In this document: positions 42,108-51,212 of the stretch, piece after piece
Position numbering within the stretch: the stretch's first letter is position 1
Layout of the letters: each line of letters opens with the position of its first letter
Origin: Myxococcota bacterium
GTDB lineage: Bacteria; Myxococcota_A; Polyangia; Nannocystales; Nannocystaceae
Direction of reading: 5' to 3'
Assembly: GCA_039194325.1 (NCBI GenBank)
Contig: JBCCWC010000014.1
Span: forward strand, 1-64,000
DNA: 64,000 bases
Notes under the pieces: model-generated
Databases searched by the model: none
What the model was told of the DNA's origin: nothing
What the model saw: the letters and a program-made list of their open reading frames with translations, nothing else
Made by a program: the position numbers and the translations under genes

Positions 42108-43847
42108 CTACTTGTCGTAGGCCACGCGTAGCGCCTCGAGGTCGACGTCGTTCAGTCGTGCGGCCATGTCGCGCAGCAGCTGTTGCAGCGCGGGCGGGGC
42201 CTGGCGCCCGCGGTAGGACAGCCCGAGCTTGTTCGTCTGCACGAAGTGGCGGGCGCCGTCGAGGGGGGCGAGCCGGATCTCGTGTCGCGCGAACGCGGGG
42301 TGCTCGACCTCCAGGACCAGCCCACGGTCGTCGACGGCGGCGACCATGGCCCGCGCCCGCTGGGGGGGGGCGCCAGGCGGCGCGAGCCCGTGCCGGCGGG
42401 CGAGCGCCTCGGAGGCGGGGCGTCGGACGGGGGGGATCTCCACCGGGCGGGCGCGAGAGCGTGCAGAGTTGTCGCCCCGGCGGTCCAGGGCGATCTGCAC
42501 AAGCTCGCCCTGGAGCTGCCCGAGCTCGGCGAAGGTCTCGGCGCGCTCGAGCCGGTCGACCCGCGCGGGCGTGCGGGTCTGGACATCGTCGTAGTCCTCG
42601 AAGGTGCGGCGGGCGGGCCCGGGCCAGCGCTCGACGGCCGCGTCACCGAGCACCGTGCCCGGCAAAGGGTGGTAGGTCGACCACATGAACGAGCCGGGGC
42701 GCAGCTGGTGCAGCATCTGGGTGGTCGCGCGCATCTGCTCGCGGGTCTCGCCGGGGAGCATGGTCATCAGCGAGGCGCTGGTCTGCAGCCCGAGCGCGCG
42801 GCAGTCGTCGAAGACCTGCTGCAGGCGAGCCTGGGAGGTCCGGCGATTGAGCACCTCGCGGCGAAAGATCTCGTCGCCCGCCTCGATCCCGCAGTGAAAC
42901 AGCACGCAGCCGGCCTGCCGCAGCAGCGTCAGGCGCTTGCGGCTGGCCGCGCTGGGGTGCATCTCGACCTTGAACGGCAGCCCCACGCGCCGCGGATACT
43001 CGTGGGCGAAGCGCTCGAGCCAGTCCAGATCGACCGGGAAGTGCTCGTCCCAGAACTCGAAGCCCTCGGGGCGGTAGCGATCGCGCAGCGCGGCCAGCTC
43101 GTCGCACAGGTGATCGACGGGGCGATGGTTTCGCTTTTGGCGATCGCTGAGCTCGTGCAGCGAGCCCCAGCGCGGCGCCGAGCAGTAGGCGCAAGAAAAG
43201 GGGCAGCCTCGCCCGGCCCGGGTCGGGAGGTAGCCGTCGACGACCGGGCCGAAGGTGTTGATCCCGTCCTCGATGATCTGCTCGACCGACCCGAAGACCT
43301 CGTAGTCCCACCACGGCACCGTCGCGATGTCGGGGACCGGGTCGGCTTGGGGGATCGGATCGCTCCAGCCGTCGCTCTGCTTGACCCACAGGCCCGGCCG
43401 CGTGGGCAGTAAAGGGTGGGGAGCGGTGGGTTGGGGGGTGGTGGGGCGAGGAGCGGTGGTGGTGGTGTCGGCGAGCGCGGCGAGGAGCCACGTGAGCGGG
43501 CGCTCACCCTCGCCGATGGCGATCGCGTCGACGGCCTCGCAGGCGGCGACGTCGTGGGGCGCGAGGCTGGCGTGATAACCCCCCACGACCACGTAGGCGC
43601 GGCCTTGCAGGCGGGCGAGCAGCGCGGCGGCGCCGGGCCAGTCGCGGGTCATGCACGAGGCCCCCACGACGTCGGGGGCGAGCTTGTCGATGTGCTCGGC
43701 GACGCGGTCGATCCGATACTTGCGGAATACCTCGAGCGCCAGCGGCTCGTGGCCGGCCTCGCGCACCACGGCGGACAGGGCGGCCACCGAGGAGCTGAAC
43801 GCTCGCCGCGGGTCGGTGAAGAACAGCAGCAGTACACGCAGGCGCAT
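42108..43847 (-). CDS. B12-binding domain radical SAM protein
   Basis: PDVVGASC..VVVGGYHAS..IGEGE B12-binding region; GRGCPFSCAYC; GIEAGD; LPGET; PLPGT. Confidence 0.88.
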   Translation of the reverse strand: MRLRVLLLFFTDPRRAFSSSVAALSAVVREAGHEPLALEVFRKYRIDRVAEHIDKLAPDVVGASCMTRDWPGAAALLARLQGRAYVVVGGYHASLAPHDVAACEAVDAIAIGEGERPLTWLLAALADTTTTAPRPTTPQPTAPHPLLPTRPGLWVKQSDGWSDPIPQADPVPDIATVPWWDYEVFGSVEQIIEDGINTFGPVVDGYLPTRAGRGCPFSCAYCSAPRWGSLHELSDRQKRNHRPVDHLCDELAALRDRYRPEGFEFWDEHFPVDLDWLERFAHEYPRRVGLPFKVEMHPSAASRKRLTLLRQAGCVLFHCGIEAGDEIFRREVLNRRTSQARLQQVFDDCRALGLQTSASLMTMLPGETREQMRATTQMLHQLRPGSFMWSTYHPLPGTVLGDAAVERWPGPARRTFEDYDDVQTRTPARVDRLERAETFAELGQLQGELVQIALDRRGDNSARSRARPVEIPPVRRPASEALARRHGLAPPGAPPQRARAMVAAVDDRGLVLEVEHPAFARHEIRLAPLDGARHFVQTNKLGLSYRGRQAPPALQQLLRDMAARLNDVDLEALRVAYDK

Positions 43848-43854
43848 GGGCGAC

Positions 43855-43934
43855 CTATCCCCGGTACTTCTTGCCTAGCCCCCGTACTTTTTGCCTAGCC
43901 CCCGTACTTTTTGCCTAGCCCCCGTACTTCTTGA
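43855..43934. repeat. Four 20-bp tandem repeats duplicating the last codons and stop of the POT gene
   Basis: CTAGCCCCCGTACTTTTTGC-like units at 43855, 43875, 43895 and 43915. Confidence 0.9.
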
Positions 43935-45876
43935 TAGTCGCGTCGAGTCCCGGCAGCACCAGCCGCAGGTAGAGCGCGACCAGGCCGGCCAGGCCGGCCA
44001 GCAGCAGGAAGAAGCTCACCGGGGTCATCGTGCCCTGAATGCCGCCGAAGAAGCCGGAGAAGTTGTTGCCGAACGCGGTGGCCAGAAACCACCCGCCCAT
44101 GGTCAGCCCCACCAGGTGCGGCGGGCTGAGCTTGGTGACCAGCGAAAGGCCCATGGGCGAAAGGCATAGCTCGCCGATCGTAACGATTGCGTAAAAGCCT
44201 ACCAGCCACATCCCGGTGACCCGCGTAGCCCCGTCGTCGGTCATTAGGCCCGCGAGCGACATCAGCAGCAGGGACATCGTGGTGAGCACCATGCCCAGCA
44301 AGAGCTTCTGGGCCGTCGAAAGCCCACGCCCTCGGCGCTGGAGCGACGCGAAGAAGCCGACCAGCAGCGGGGTCAGGGCGATCACGAAGAACGCATTCCA
44401 CGACTGGTAGAGCTCGGAGTTGAAGACCCCCAAGAACTTGCCCGGAGGCAGCGTCTGCGGCGGGTGCCCAAAGCGCTCCTCGTAGCCCGCGTAGAGCGTG
44501 GTCATCAGCTCTTGGTCTACGATCACCACCCCGATCCGCTCGCCCTCGACTTGCCGCACGAACGCGACCCGCCCGGTGGGCTTGGCGCCCTCGGGCACCT
44601 CGACCGCGATCGTCTTGGCGCCGTGGGAATCCTCGATCTCCTTGACCTCCACCACCCCGGGCTCGAACACCTTGGCCGCGCGCTTGGTGATCGCCTCGGG
44701 CTCTTTGGTGTCTTCGTCCTGCAGCGGCAGCTCGACGACCGTCAGATCCGGGTTGGCCGCCGCAATCGCGCTGACGGCCGCGGGATCCAGCCGCTGTTGG
44801 CCGAACATTCGGGCGTGGGCGGGGTCGGTCGCGACCCCCAACGAGTGGAGATCGGGTCGCGGGACGTCCTCGGTAGCGGCCGGGTAGTAGTTGGGCAAGG
44901 CCTCCTGCTTCCAGATGCTCGGGGTGACCTCGGGCGCGGTGCGGGTGGTCTGATCCCGCGCCCATTGGGTCATCGCCGAGCCGTTGAGGTGGAGGATCAT
45001 GAAGAACGTGCCCCCCGCGATGTAGATGGGCAGCAGCGCCCGCAGCCCCGGTCGCTCACTCTCCTTGGCGTTACGCACCAAGGTGACAAAGAAGTAGACG
45101 ACCGGCAGGATCCCGAACAAGAAGCCCACGATGGCGGGGCGCATGCCGCCGGGCAGCATGCCCTGGGCCCCCAGCCACTTGGCAAGGAAGTAGCCGATCG
45201 CCCCGAACACCGCCGCGGGCCCGAGGACCTTGGCGAACACCACCCCCAGGCCCGCGTCGTCCTTGCCCTTCTTGGGGGGACGATCGGCCGCCGCGAGGTT
45301 CTTCCACTGCGACAAGAGGATCAGCATGGAGATGAGCAGACCAAACCCCGCGATCCTGAAGGTCCACAGCCAGCCCGCCTCGTTGCGCACCGCGGCCGCC
45401 AGCAGGTTGGCGAACAGCGCCCCGATGTTGATCCCCATGTAGAAGATGTTGAAGCCCGCGTCGCGCCTCGCGTCGCCGGGCTCGTAGAGGTTGCCCACCA
45501 TCACCGAGATGTTGGGCTTGAAAAAGCCGTTGCCCACGATGAGCCCCAAAAGCCCCAGCAAGAAGAAGCTCTTGCCCGGCACGCTCATCAAAAACAGGCC
45601 CGAGGCCATGCACACCGCCCCCACCAGCACCGCGCGCCGGTAGCCGAGGAAGCGGTCGGCGATCATCCCGCCCAAGAAGGGCGTGAAGTAGACGAACGCG
45701 AGGTAGAGCCCGTAGATCTCGTTGCCCTCGGCCGAGGGCATGCCCAGGCCGCCGCGCTCGGTGTCGGTGGTGTACAGCAGCAGGATCCCCACCATCGTGT
45801 AGAACGCCAGGCGCTCCCACATCTCGGTGAAGAACAGCGCATACAGTCCCCGGGGGTGTCCCTGCTTTTCGGCCAT
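43915..45876 (-). CDS. POT/PTR-family proton-dependent oligopeptide transporter
   Basis: HPRGLY..EMWERLAFY, GGMIADRFLG, GNGFFKPNIS, FYMGINIG, GELCLSPMGLS. Confidence 0.93.
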   Translation of the reverse strand: MAEKQGHPRGLYALFFTEMWERLAFYTMVGILLLYTTDTERGGLGMPSAEGNEIYGLYLAFVYFTPFLGGMIADRFLGYRRAVLVGAVCMASGLFLMSVPGKSFFLLGLLGLIVGNGFFKPNISVMVGNLYEPGDARRDAGFNIFYMGINIGALFANLLAAAVRNEAGWLWTFRIAGFGLLISMLILLSQWKNLAAADRPPKKGKDDAGLGVVFAKVLGPAAVFGAIGYFLAKWLGAQGMLPGGMRPAIVGFLFGILPVVYFFVTLVRNAKESERPGLRALLPIYIAGGTFFMILHLNGSAMTQWARDQTTRTAPEVTPSIWKQEALPNYYPAATEDVPRPDLHSLGVATDPAHARMFGQQRLDPAAVSAIAAANPDLTVVELPLQDEDTKEPEAITKRAAKVFEPGVVEVKEIEDSHGAKTIAVEVPEGAKPTGRVAFVRQVEGERIGVVIVDQELMTTLYAGYEERFGHPPQTLPPGKFLGVFNSELYQSWNAFFVIALTPLLVGFFASLQRRGRGLSTAQKLLLGMVLTTMSLLLMSLAGLMTDDGATRVTGMWLVGFYAIVTIGELCLSPMGLSLVTKLSPPHLVGLTMGGWFLATAFGNNFSGFFGGIQGTMTPVSFFLLLAGLAGLVALYLRLVLPGLDATIKKYGG

Positions 45877-46008
45877 GGCTCTGCCTTGGTCGCCGTAGTC
45901 ATGGCGACCGGCAGAGGATACCCCGGCCGGCTCGGAGCGCGAGCCGACCGGGCCGTGTTTGGTCGGGGCCCGCTCGGGTCCGTTCCCCGGGCCCGCTCCC
46001 CGGGCCCG

Positions 46009-47586
46009 CTACAGGTGCTCGGAATCCACGTTGAAGGTGGTGGCCTGGTACCACTGGCTCCACGGCACGATCGCGCTTTGCAGCGAGGCCGGCGGCTCCT
46101 GGAAGGGGGGCTTGTTGGCTCCCAGGCAGATCAGGGCCAGGTAGGGATCGAAGCGGCGACCCAGCCGGATGATATCGGTGGGGTTTTTCGAGTTGAGGCC
46201 GTTGGGCTCCAGGCAGTGCTCTTGCAGCAGCCCGAGCACGGTGTTGGAGGTGGCGTTGTTCGAGGCATCGGCGGTGCTGTGGATCTCGTTTCGCGCCGCG
46301 CTACGGCTGGCGTGGAAGATGATCTCGTAGTGTACGTGAGGGTTGGTGTTGAAGGCGTTGCCGGAGGTTCCGACGGTACCCACCCGCGTGTCCTGGGTGA
46401 TGCTCTGCCAGTCGCCGAAGCCCACGTCGCGGGTGTCGAGGTGGGAGTAGAGCATCGAGGCCCAGACCTCGGTGCCCGCGATGTTCACCGGGCAGATCAC
46501 CTGCACCCAGTTGCCAAAGGAGCCGCTGGAGCCCGACAGCGTCTCGCCCGAGCAGGGGGCGTAGAGCGGCTCGCCGGTCACACCGAGGAAGTCCACGCCC
46601 GTGTGGAGGCCGTTGCCGCTGCCGCGTGGGGCTTGGAAGTATCCCGCGCCCAGATTGTCGCTGCGCAGGCCCAGGTCGACGTCGAGGATGTACGTCCAGT
46701 CGGACAGGGCACCGCCCGGACCGGGATCGGGCAGTGGGTCGGGCAGTGGGTCGGGCTGGGGCCCGGGGCCCGGAGGAGGCTCGCCGCCGTCCGGCACCGT
46801 GTAGCCCAGCGTCTGGGCGTACTGCACCCAGACCTGCCAGAACAGGAAGTTGCCGAAGGGGGCCGGGTTGCCGCCCGCGTCGCGATCGCCGACCCACGGG
46901 GTATAGGTGTAGAGCACCGCGGTCGCCTTGTTGCGCGGCGTGATGCTCACCGGATCCAGGGTGCTCTTGGGTTGACCCACCGCCCAGCCCGAGATCGTGG
47001 GGCGACCGGCGTCGAGGTCATCGAGGTAGCTGCGGGTCAGATCGCCGGCGCAGTCGAGCTGGTTCTCGAAGCCGGAGAACTCGGGGGCGCAGCCGGCCCC
47101 GTCGGGGCAGCCGCACCCGAATGCCTCGTCCATCGCGATCTGCGAGCAGGTCCCCAGCGCGCCGACGAGCGAGGACTCCTTTTGCAGGTGGGTGAGCAAA
47201 AATAGTGGGTTGAGCCCGTAGTCGGTGGCCGTGTCGCGGATGAGCTCACCCGCCGTACGGCCCGAGAAGCGCTCGCTGGCCAGGCACGAGGCCAGGCCGT
47301 CTTGGTAGGGGTCGGCCAAGAAGGCATCGATCTGCGCGGCCGTGAACGCGGAGGCGTCGAGCATCGCCGCGTCGGCGACGATCTCGTTGGCGTCGAAGGT
47401 CGAGCCCGCTCCGCCGTTGGCGTCGTCGGCTTTGCCCGCGCCGGCCTTGTCATCTTCGACCACCAGCGCCTCGCGTTCCTCGGGAGCGTCACAAGCGACG
47501 GTGAGCCCGGATAGGGTCACGAGCGCAGGTAGTGCGGCGAGCCGGAAGCAGCGAACACGTACGGGGAGAGTTCGTAGGTCGTCCAT
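46009..47586 (-). CDS. Lipoprotein with lysozyme-like N-terminal domain and M23 peptidase domain
   Basis: LTVAC lipobox, GKADD; LNPLFLLTHLQKESSL..GCGCPD..LYTYTP; Pro linker; M23 Zn motifs HTGVD and PHVHYE. Confidence 0.8.
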   Translation of the reverse strand: MDDLRTLPVRVRCFRLAALPALVTLSGLTVACDAPEEREALVVEDDKAGAGKADDANGGAGSTFDANEIVADAAMLDASAFTAAQIDAFLADPYQDGLASCLASERFSGRTAGELIRDTATDYGLNPLFLLTHLQKESSLVGALGTCSQIAMDEAFGCGCPDGAGCAPEFSGFENQLDCAGDLTRSYLDDLDAGRPTISGWAVGQPKSTLDPVSITPRNKATAVLYTYTPWVGDRDAGGNPAPFGNFLFWQVWVQYAQTLGYTVPDGGEPPPGPGPQPDPLPDPLPDPGPGGALSDWTYILDVDLGLRSDNLGAGYFQAPRGSGNGLHTGVDFLGVTGEPLYAPCSGETLSGSSGSFGNWVQVICPVNIAGTEVWASMLYSHLDTRDVGFGDWQSITQDTRVGTVGTSGNAFNTNPHVHYEIIFHASRSAARNEIHSTADASNNATSNTVLGLLQEHCLEPNGLNSKNPTDIIRLGRRFDPYLALICLGANKPPFQEPPASLQSAIVPWSQWYQATTFNVDSEHL

Positions 47587-47766
47587 AGTAGTAATGACGT
47601 CGTTGCCCCAGTCGGTGACGTGGTTGCTCGACGGGTAACGGGCGATTAATCCTCGTGGGTCGTGTGAGCAGAGGAACGGCGGAGCCATCGCATTCAGCTG
47701 CTCGCTGCCCATGGACATGACCGCGGTGATTGAGGTCATCGGGTTCACCCCTGCGGCGTTGCGTGA

Positions 47767-48070
47767 ACGATCGCGGTCGACGGAAGCTCGGGCGCGGACG
47801 CGACGGACTCCGAGGGCCCCGCCAGCACGGGGGCTTCGCAGTGCCCGGTGCCTCCCTCGCTGGTCGAGCTCGAGCCGCCGCTGTGGTGCCCCGACGGCTT
47901 TAGCTTTGACGAGGCCTACCACCTATGCGTGAGCGAGACCCTCGCCCGCGGGCCCTTTCGCGACCCGATGATCGAGCAGTGCCTGGTGTGCGGGGCCGCG
48001 GCCTGCGACGAGGAGGACTGGCCCGCCGAGTTGGCCCGCGGGCTGCGGGGGACCGAGCGCTGCCCGCCCC
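47767..48070 (+). pseudogene. Fragment of a secreted Cys-repeat protein
   Basis: S/G/D/T linker then CPDGFSFDEAYHLC..ARGPFRDPMIEQCLVCGAAACDEEDW..LRGTERCP; in-frame TGA at 47764, no clear start or signal peptide. Confidence 0.4.
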
Positions 48071-48188
48071 GTGGCGTGGTTGGTCAGCGCCTGCCGGAGC
48101 GTCAGACAAAGCGCATACTGGTCGCTGCGTTCGTCCGCGGGCCGAGAAGATCAGGCTGTTGAACACACCGAGGCGCTGTTGATCGAAG

Positions 48189-48803
48189 TCACGAAGAGCG
48201 CGGGTGTTTCAGCCGATACACGTGCACCTTCGATCGTCGCCGCCAGCTCATGTCCAGGCGCAGCACGTCCTCCAGGTGAAACCATGGGTTGTCGTCGACG
48301 TCCTGCGTGGTCACCCATCGCAGTCCCGCGGTCAGCCGGGCCAGACGTGCCGCCAGCCGCTCCATGAACTCGCTCGAGAACGCGGTCGAGCAGGAATAGA
48401 TCACCGTCGCGTCCTTCATGCGCGCGCGCATGAAATCCGAGCGACGAAAGCGGCACTCCCGGGCGCGCAGCAGCCCTCGAGCGGCCACCTCATCTCGCAT
48501 GCGCTGGGCGATCCGGTAGCGGCGCCCCATCAGCTCGATGCCCACGCAGCGGGCCACCGGGACGGTCATCGCCACCTGCAGCACGACCTTGCCGATCCCG
48601 CTGCCCAGGTCGTAGAACGAGTCGTCGGAGCGCAAGTTCAGGTGCTCGAGCAGCTGGGCGGTCGCGGTCGGCATGATCTCGCCGTAGGTCGCCGAGGACC
48701 CGGTCGCGGCGACCCGTGCTTCGCCCGTGGGGTCGTTGTCGTATCCGTGGGCCTCGCGGTAAAGCTGCTGGATCACGGTGCGAGGGTCGGGCGTTGCGCT
48801 CAT
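48189..48803 (-). CDS. DOT1-like SAM-dependent methyltransferase
   Basis: ATYGEIMP, FYDLGSGIGKVVLQ, CVGIEL, ATVIYSCSTAF, terminal DMSW; ATG 48803. Confidence 0.78.
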   Translation of the reverse strand: MSATPDPRTVIQQLYREAHGYDNDPTGEARVAATGSSATYGEIMPTATAQLLEHLNLRSDDSFYDLGSGIGKVVLQVAMTVPVARCVGIELMGRRYRIAQRMRDEVAARGLLRARECRFRRSDFMRARMKDATVIYSCSTAFSSEFMERLAARLARLTAGLRWVTTQDVDDNPWFHLEDVLRLDMSWRRRSKVHVYRLKHPRSS

Positions 48804-48851
48804 CCGGTGGCGCTGTGTAGCACGTTGCTCACCTTCTGCCGATCGAACCGT

Positions 48852-48901
48852 GCTCGGCTCGGCTCGGCTCGGCTCGGCTCGGCTCGGCTCGGCTTGGCTC
48901 G
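48852..48901. repeat. (GCTCG)n pentanucleotide microsatellite, about 10 units
   Basis: Eight perfect units, one GCTTG, one GCTCG. Confidence 0.95.
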
Positions 48902-48939
48902 GACGGCGACGGTGCGCTGGCCCATTGCCACGATGTCGA

Positions 48940-49833
48940 TCAGGTCGCGGCACTCGCGAGCTGACTTGGAGTTTGCCCGAACATGCGGCGAAACTCGCGG
49001 CTGAACTGCGACGGGCTGCCGTAGCCCACCTCGAACGCGGCCTCGCTGGCGCCTCGGCCCCCCAGCAGCAGGGCCCGCGCCTCGTGCAATCGCATCTTCT
49101 TGATGAACTGGATAGGTGACAGCGATGTCGCCTTCTTGAAGTGCTCGTGTAGCGTCGAGTGGCTCATGCCCGCCTGTTTGGCGATGGCCTTGATGTCCAG
49201 GGGCTCGCGGTAGTTCTTCTCCAGGTAGCTCACGACCCGCGCCACCCGGTGCGCGCTGCCGTCGCGTAGGACGAAATTGCGTAGCAGGCCGCCGTTGGGC
49301 CCGCGCAACACCTCGAACAGCAGCTCACGCTCGAGCCCGGGGCCGAGGATCTTGCGCTCCATGGGTCGGTCGACCACGTCGAGGAAGCGGACGAGGGCAT
49401 TGTGTACCCCGTCGCTCATCTCACAGGGGGCGACCGCGACCGAGGGGGCGGCGTCGTTGGGCCAGTCGAAGTACTCTTCCATCTCGACCAATAGGGTGCC
49501 CACGCGGGCTGGGTCGAACTTCAGGATCGCGGCGAGCATGGGCTTACGTGGCGTGGCCGTGACGATCTCGCTCTCGATGGGCAGCGGCAGCGAGCACAGC
49601 AGATAGTTGCGGGGGTTGTATTCGAACGGCCGGTCGCCCAGGTAGGCGAACTTGCGCCCCTGGGCCACCACGCACAGCGACGGCGAGTACACCACGGGGG
49701 TGCGAGCCATCGGCTCGATCATCCGGCCCACGACGAGGCCCGGCCAGGGGGTCGCCATGACGCCCGTCTGCGTGGCCAGCCGGTCGATCGTGCGGACCAA
49801 CAATTCCCGGGAAGTCATGTCCTTGGAATTCAT
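48940..49833 (-). CDS. AraC-family transcriptional regulator (YqhC-like)
   Basis: YSPSLCVVAQGRK AraC_N pattern; AGMSHSTLHEHFK..SPIQFIK..VGYGSPSQFSREFRRMFG; divergent from AKR gene. Confidence 0.92.
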   Translation of the reverse strand: MNSKDMTSRELLVRTIDRLATQTGVMATPWPGLVVGRMIEPMARTPVVYSPSLCVVAQGRKFAYLGDRPFEYNPRNYLLCSLPLPIESEIVTATPRKPMLAAILKFDPARVGTLLVEMEEYFDWPNDAAPSVAVAPCEMSDGVHNALVRFLDVVDRPMERKILGPGLERELLFEVLRGPNGGLLRNFVLRDGSAHRVARVVSYLEKNYREPLDIKAIAKQAGMSHSTLHEHFKKATSLSPIQFIKKMRLHEARALLLGGRGASEAAFEVGYGSPSQFSREFRRMFGQTPSQLASAAT

Positions 49834-50023
49834 GATGATTCTCGGAGGAAGGCTTCGGTAGATAGGAGTATTGTATCAGAAATGGGCCATCGAAGAAGCC
49901 ATTGCTACCGGGCTCCGGATTTTTGGGCAAGCTTGCCGGAGGGATCGCCTAGCGACGAACGGCCCGGGCCTCTAGGTTACTCGTGCCTGTCGGGTCCCTC
50001 TCACTCATCTCCAGGAGCTACCG

Positions 50024-51103
50024 ATGCCTCTCGATCACTACGTCACCCTGGGCCGCTCCGGCCTTCGCGTCAGCCCCTTGTGCCTGGGCACCATGACCTT
50101 TGGTGAGGACTGGGGCTGGGGCACCAGCGTGCAGGAGTCCACCGCGATCCTCGATCGCTTCATCGAGCGTGGCGGCAATTTCATCGACACCGCCAACATG
50201 TACACCAAGGGTCACTCCGAGAAGATCATCGGGGACCATGTTGGCCGGGATCCGGCCAAGCGCGATCGCCTGGTCATCGCCACCAAGTTCACCGGCAACA
50301 TGTATCGCAAGGATCCCAACGGCGGCGGGACCAACCGCAAGGCGATCGTGCAGCAGTGTGAGCACAGCCTGCGCCGGCTGCAGACCGACTACATCGATCT
50401 GTACTGGATGCACGCGTGGGATCACTTCACGCCCATCGAGGAGACCATGCGCGCCCTCGACGATCTGGTCGCCGCGGGCAAGGTGCGCTACGTCGGTGTG
50501 TCCGACACTCCGGCGTGGAAGGTCACCCAGGCCAACATGCTCGCCGAGATGAACCGGTGGACTCGGTTCGTCGGCCTGCAGATCGAATACTCGTTGATAC
50601 AGCGCACCGTCGAGGGGGAGCTCGTCCCCATGGCCCAGGAGCTGGGCCTGGGCGTGACGCCCTGGTCACCGCTCAAGGGTGGTGTGCTCACTGGCAAGTT
50701 CACCCGGGATAGCGACAGGAAGTCGGAGCGAGGCGACTGGGTCAATCCCCTGCTCAACGAGGACACGTTCAAGTTGGTCGACATCTTGGTCGACATCGCC
50801 CAAACGCTCGACAGCACGCCCGCGCGAGTGGCCCTACGCTGGGTGCAGAACCGTCCCGGGGTGACCTCCACCATCATCGGCGCCCGTCGCATGGAACAGC
50901 TCGATGACAACCTCGCCTGCCTAGACCTCGAGCTGCCCGCGGAGGCGACCGCCACGCTCGACGAGGCCACCAAGCCGGCGCTGCCCTTCCCCTACGATTT
51001 CCTGCGGGCGATGCCCGGCTTCTTCGGCAACGGCGCCAACATCAACGGGTTGCAGACCTCTGAGGTCGGCTTCTCGCCCGAGGGCGACGACGATCGCTAC
51101 TGA
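50024..51103 (+). CDS. Aldo/keto reductase
   Basis: LGRSGLRVSPLCLGTMTFG, FIDTANMY, IATK, SLRRLQTDYIDLYWMH, PWSPLKGG. Confidence 0.95.
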   Translation: MPLDHYVTLGRSGLRVSPLCLGTMTFGEDWGWGTSVQESTAILDRFIERGGNFIDTANMYTKGHSEKIIGDHVGRDPAKRDRLVIATKFTGNMYRKDPNGGGTNRKAIVQQCEHSLRRLQTDYIDLYWMHAWDHFTPIEETMRALDDLVAAGKVRYVGVSDTPAWKVTQANMLAEMNRWTRFVGLQIEYSLIQRTVEGELVPMAQELGLGVTPWSPLKGGVLTGKFTRDSDRKSERGDWVNPLLNEDTFKLVDILVDIAQTLDSTPARVALRWVQNRPGVTSTIIGARRMEQLDDNLACLDLELPAEATATLDEATKPALPFPYDFLRAMPGFFGNGANINGLQTSEVGFSPEGDDDRY

Positions 51104-51110
51104 GCTGTTG

Positions 51111-51212
51111 ATGCCGAGGCCGGGTCGGGAAGCGCGACTTCGTCGCGCCCGGCCTCGAAGTATCTATGCCGAGGCCGGGTCGGGAAGCGCGACTGCGTCG
51201 CGCCCGGCCTCG
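51111..51212. repeat. Two tandem 47-bp REP-like hairpin repeats
   Basis: ATGCCGAGGCCGGGTCGGGAAGCGCGACT(T/G)CGTCGCGCCCGGCCTCG at 51111-51157 and 51166-51212. Confidence 0.85.

Noticed and set aside
41404..45876. RiPP biosynthetic cluster around the radical SAM gene
   Set aside because: No precursor peptide, RRE, SPASM motif or peptidase visible
44464..47205. Long antisense ORFs (also 21917-24280, 14326-15699, 12322-13932, 1565-3022 and others)
   Set aside because: Shadows of well-supported genes on the opposite strand, expected in high-GC DNA; no protein motifs
51111..51212. CRISPR array (also considered for 43855-43934 and 6061-6161)
   Set aside because: No unique spacers of about 30-40 nt, few copies, no cas genes
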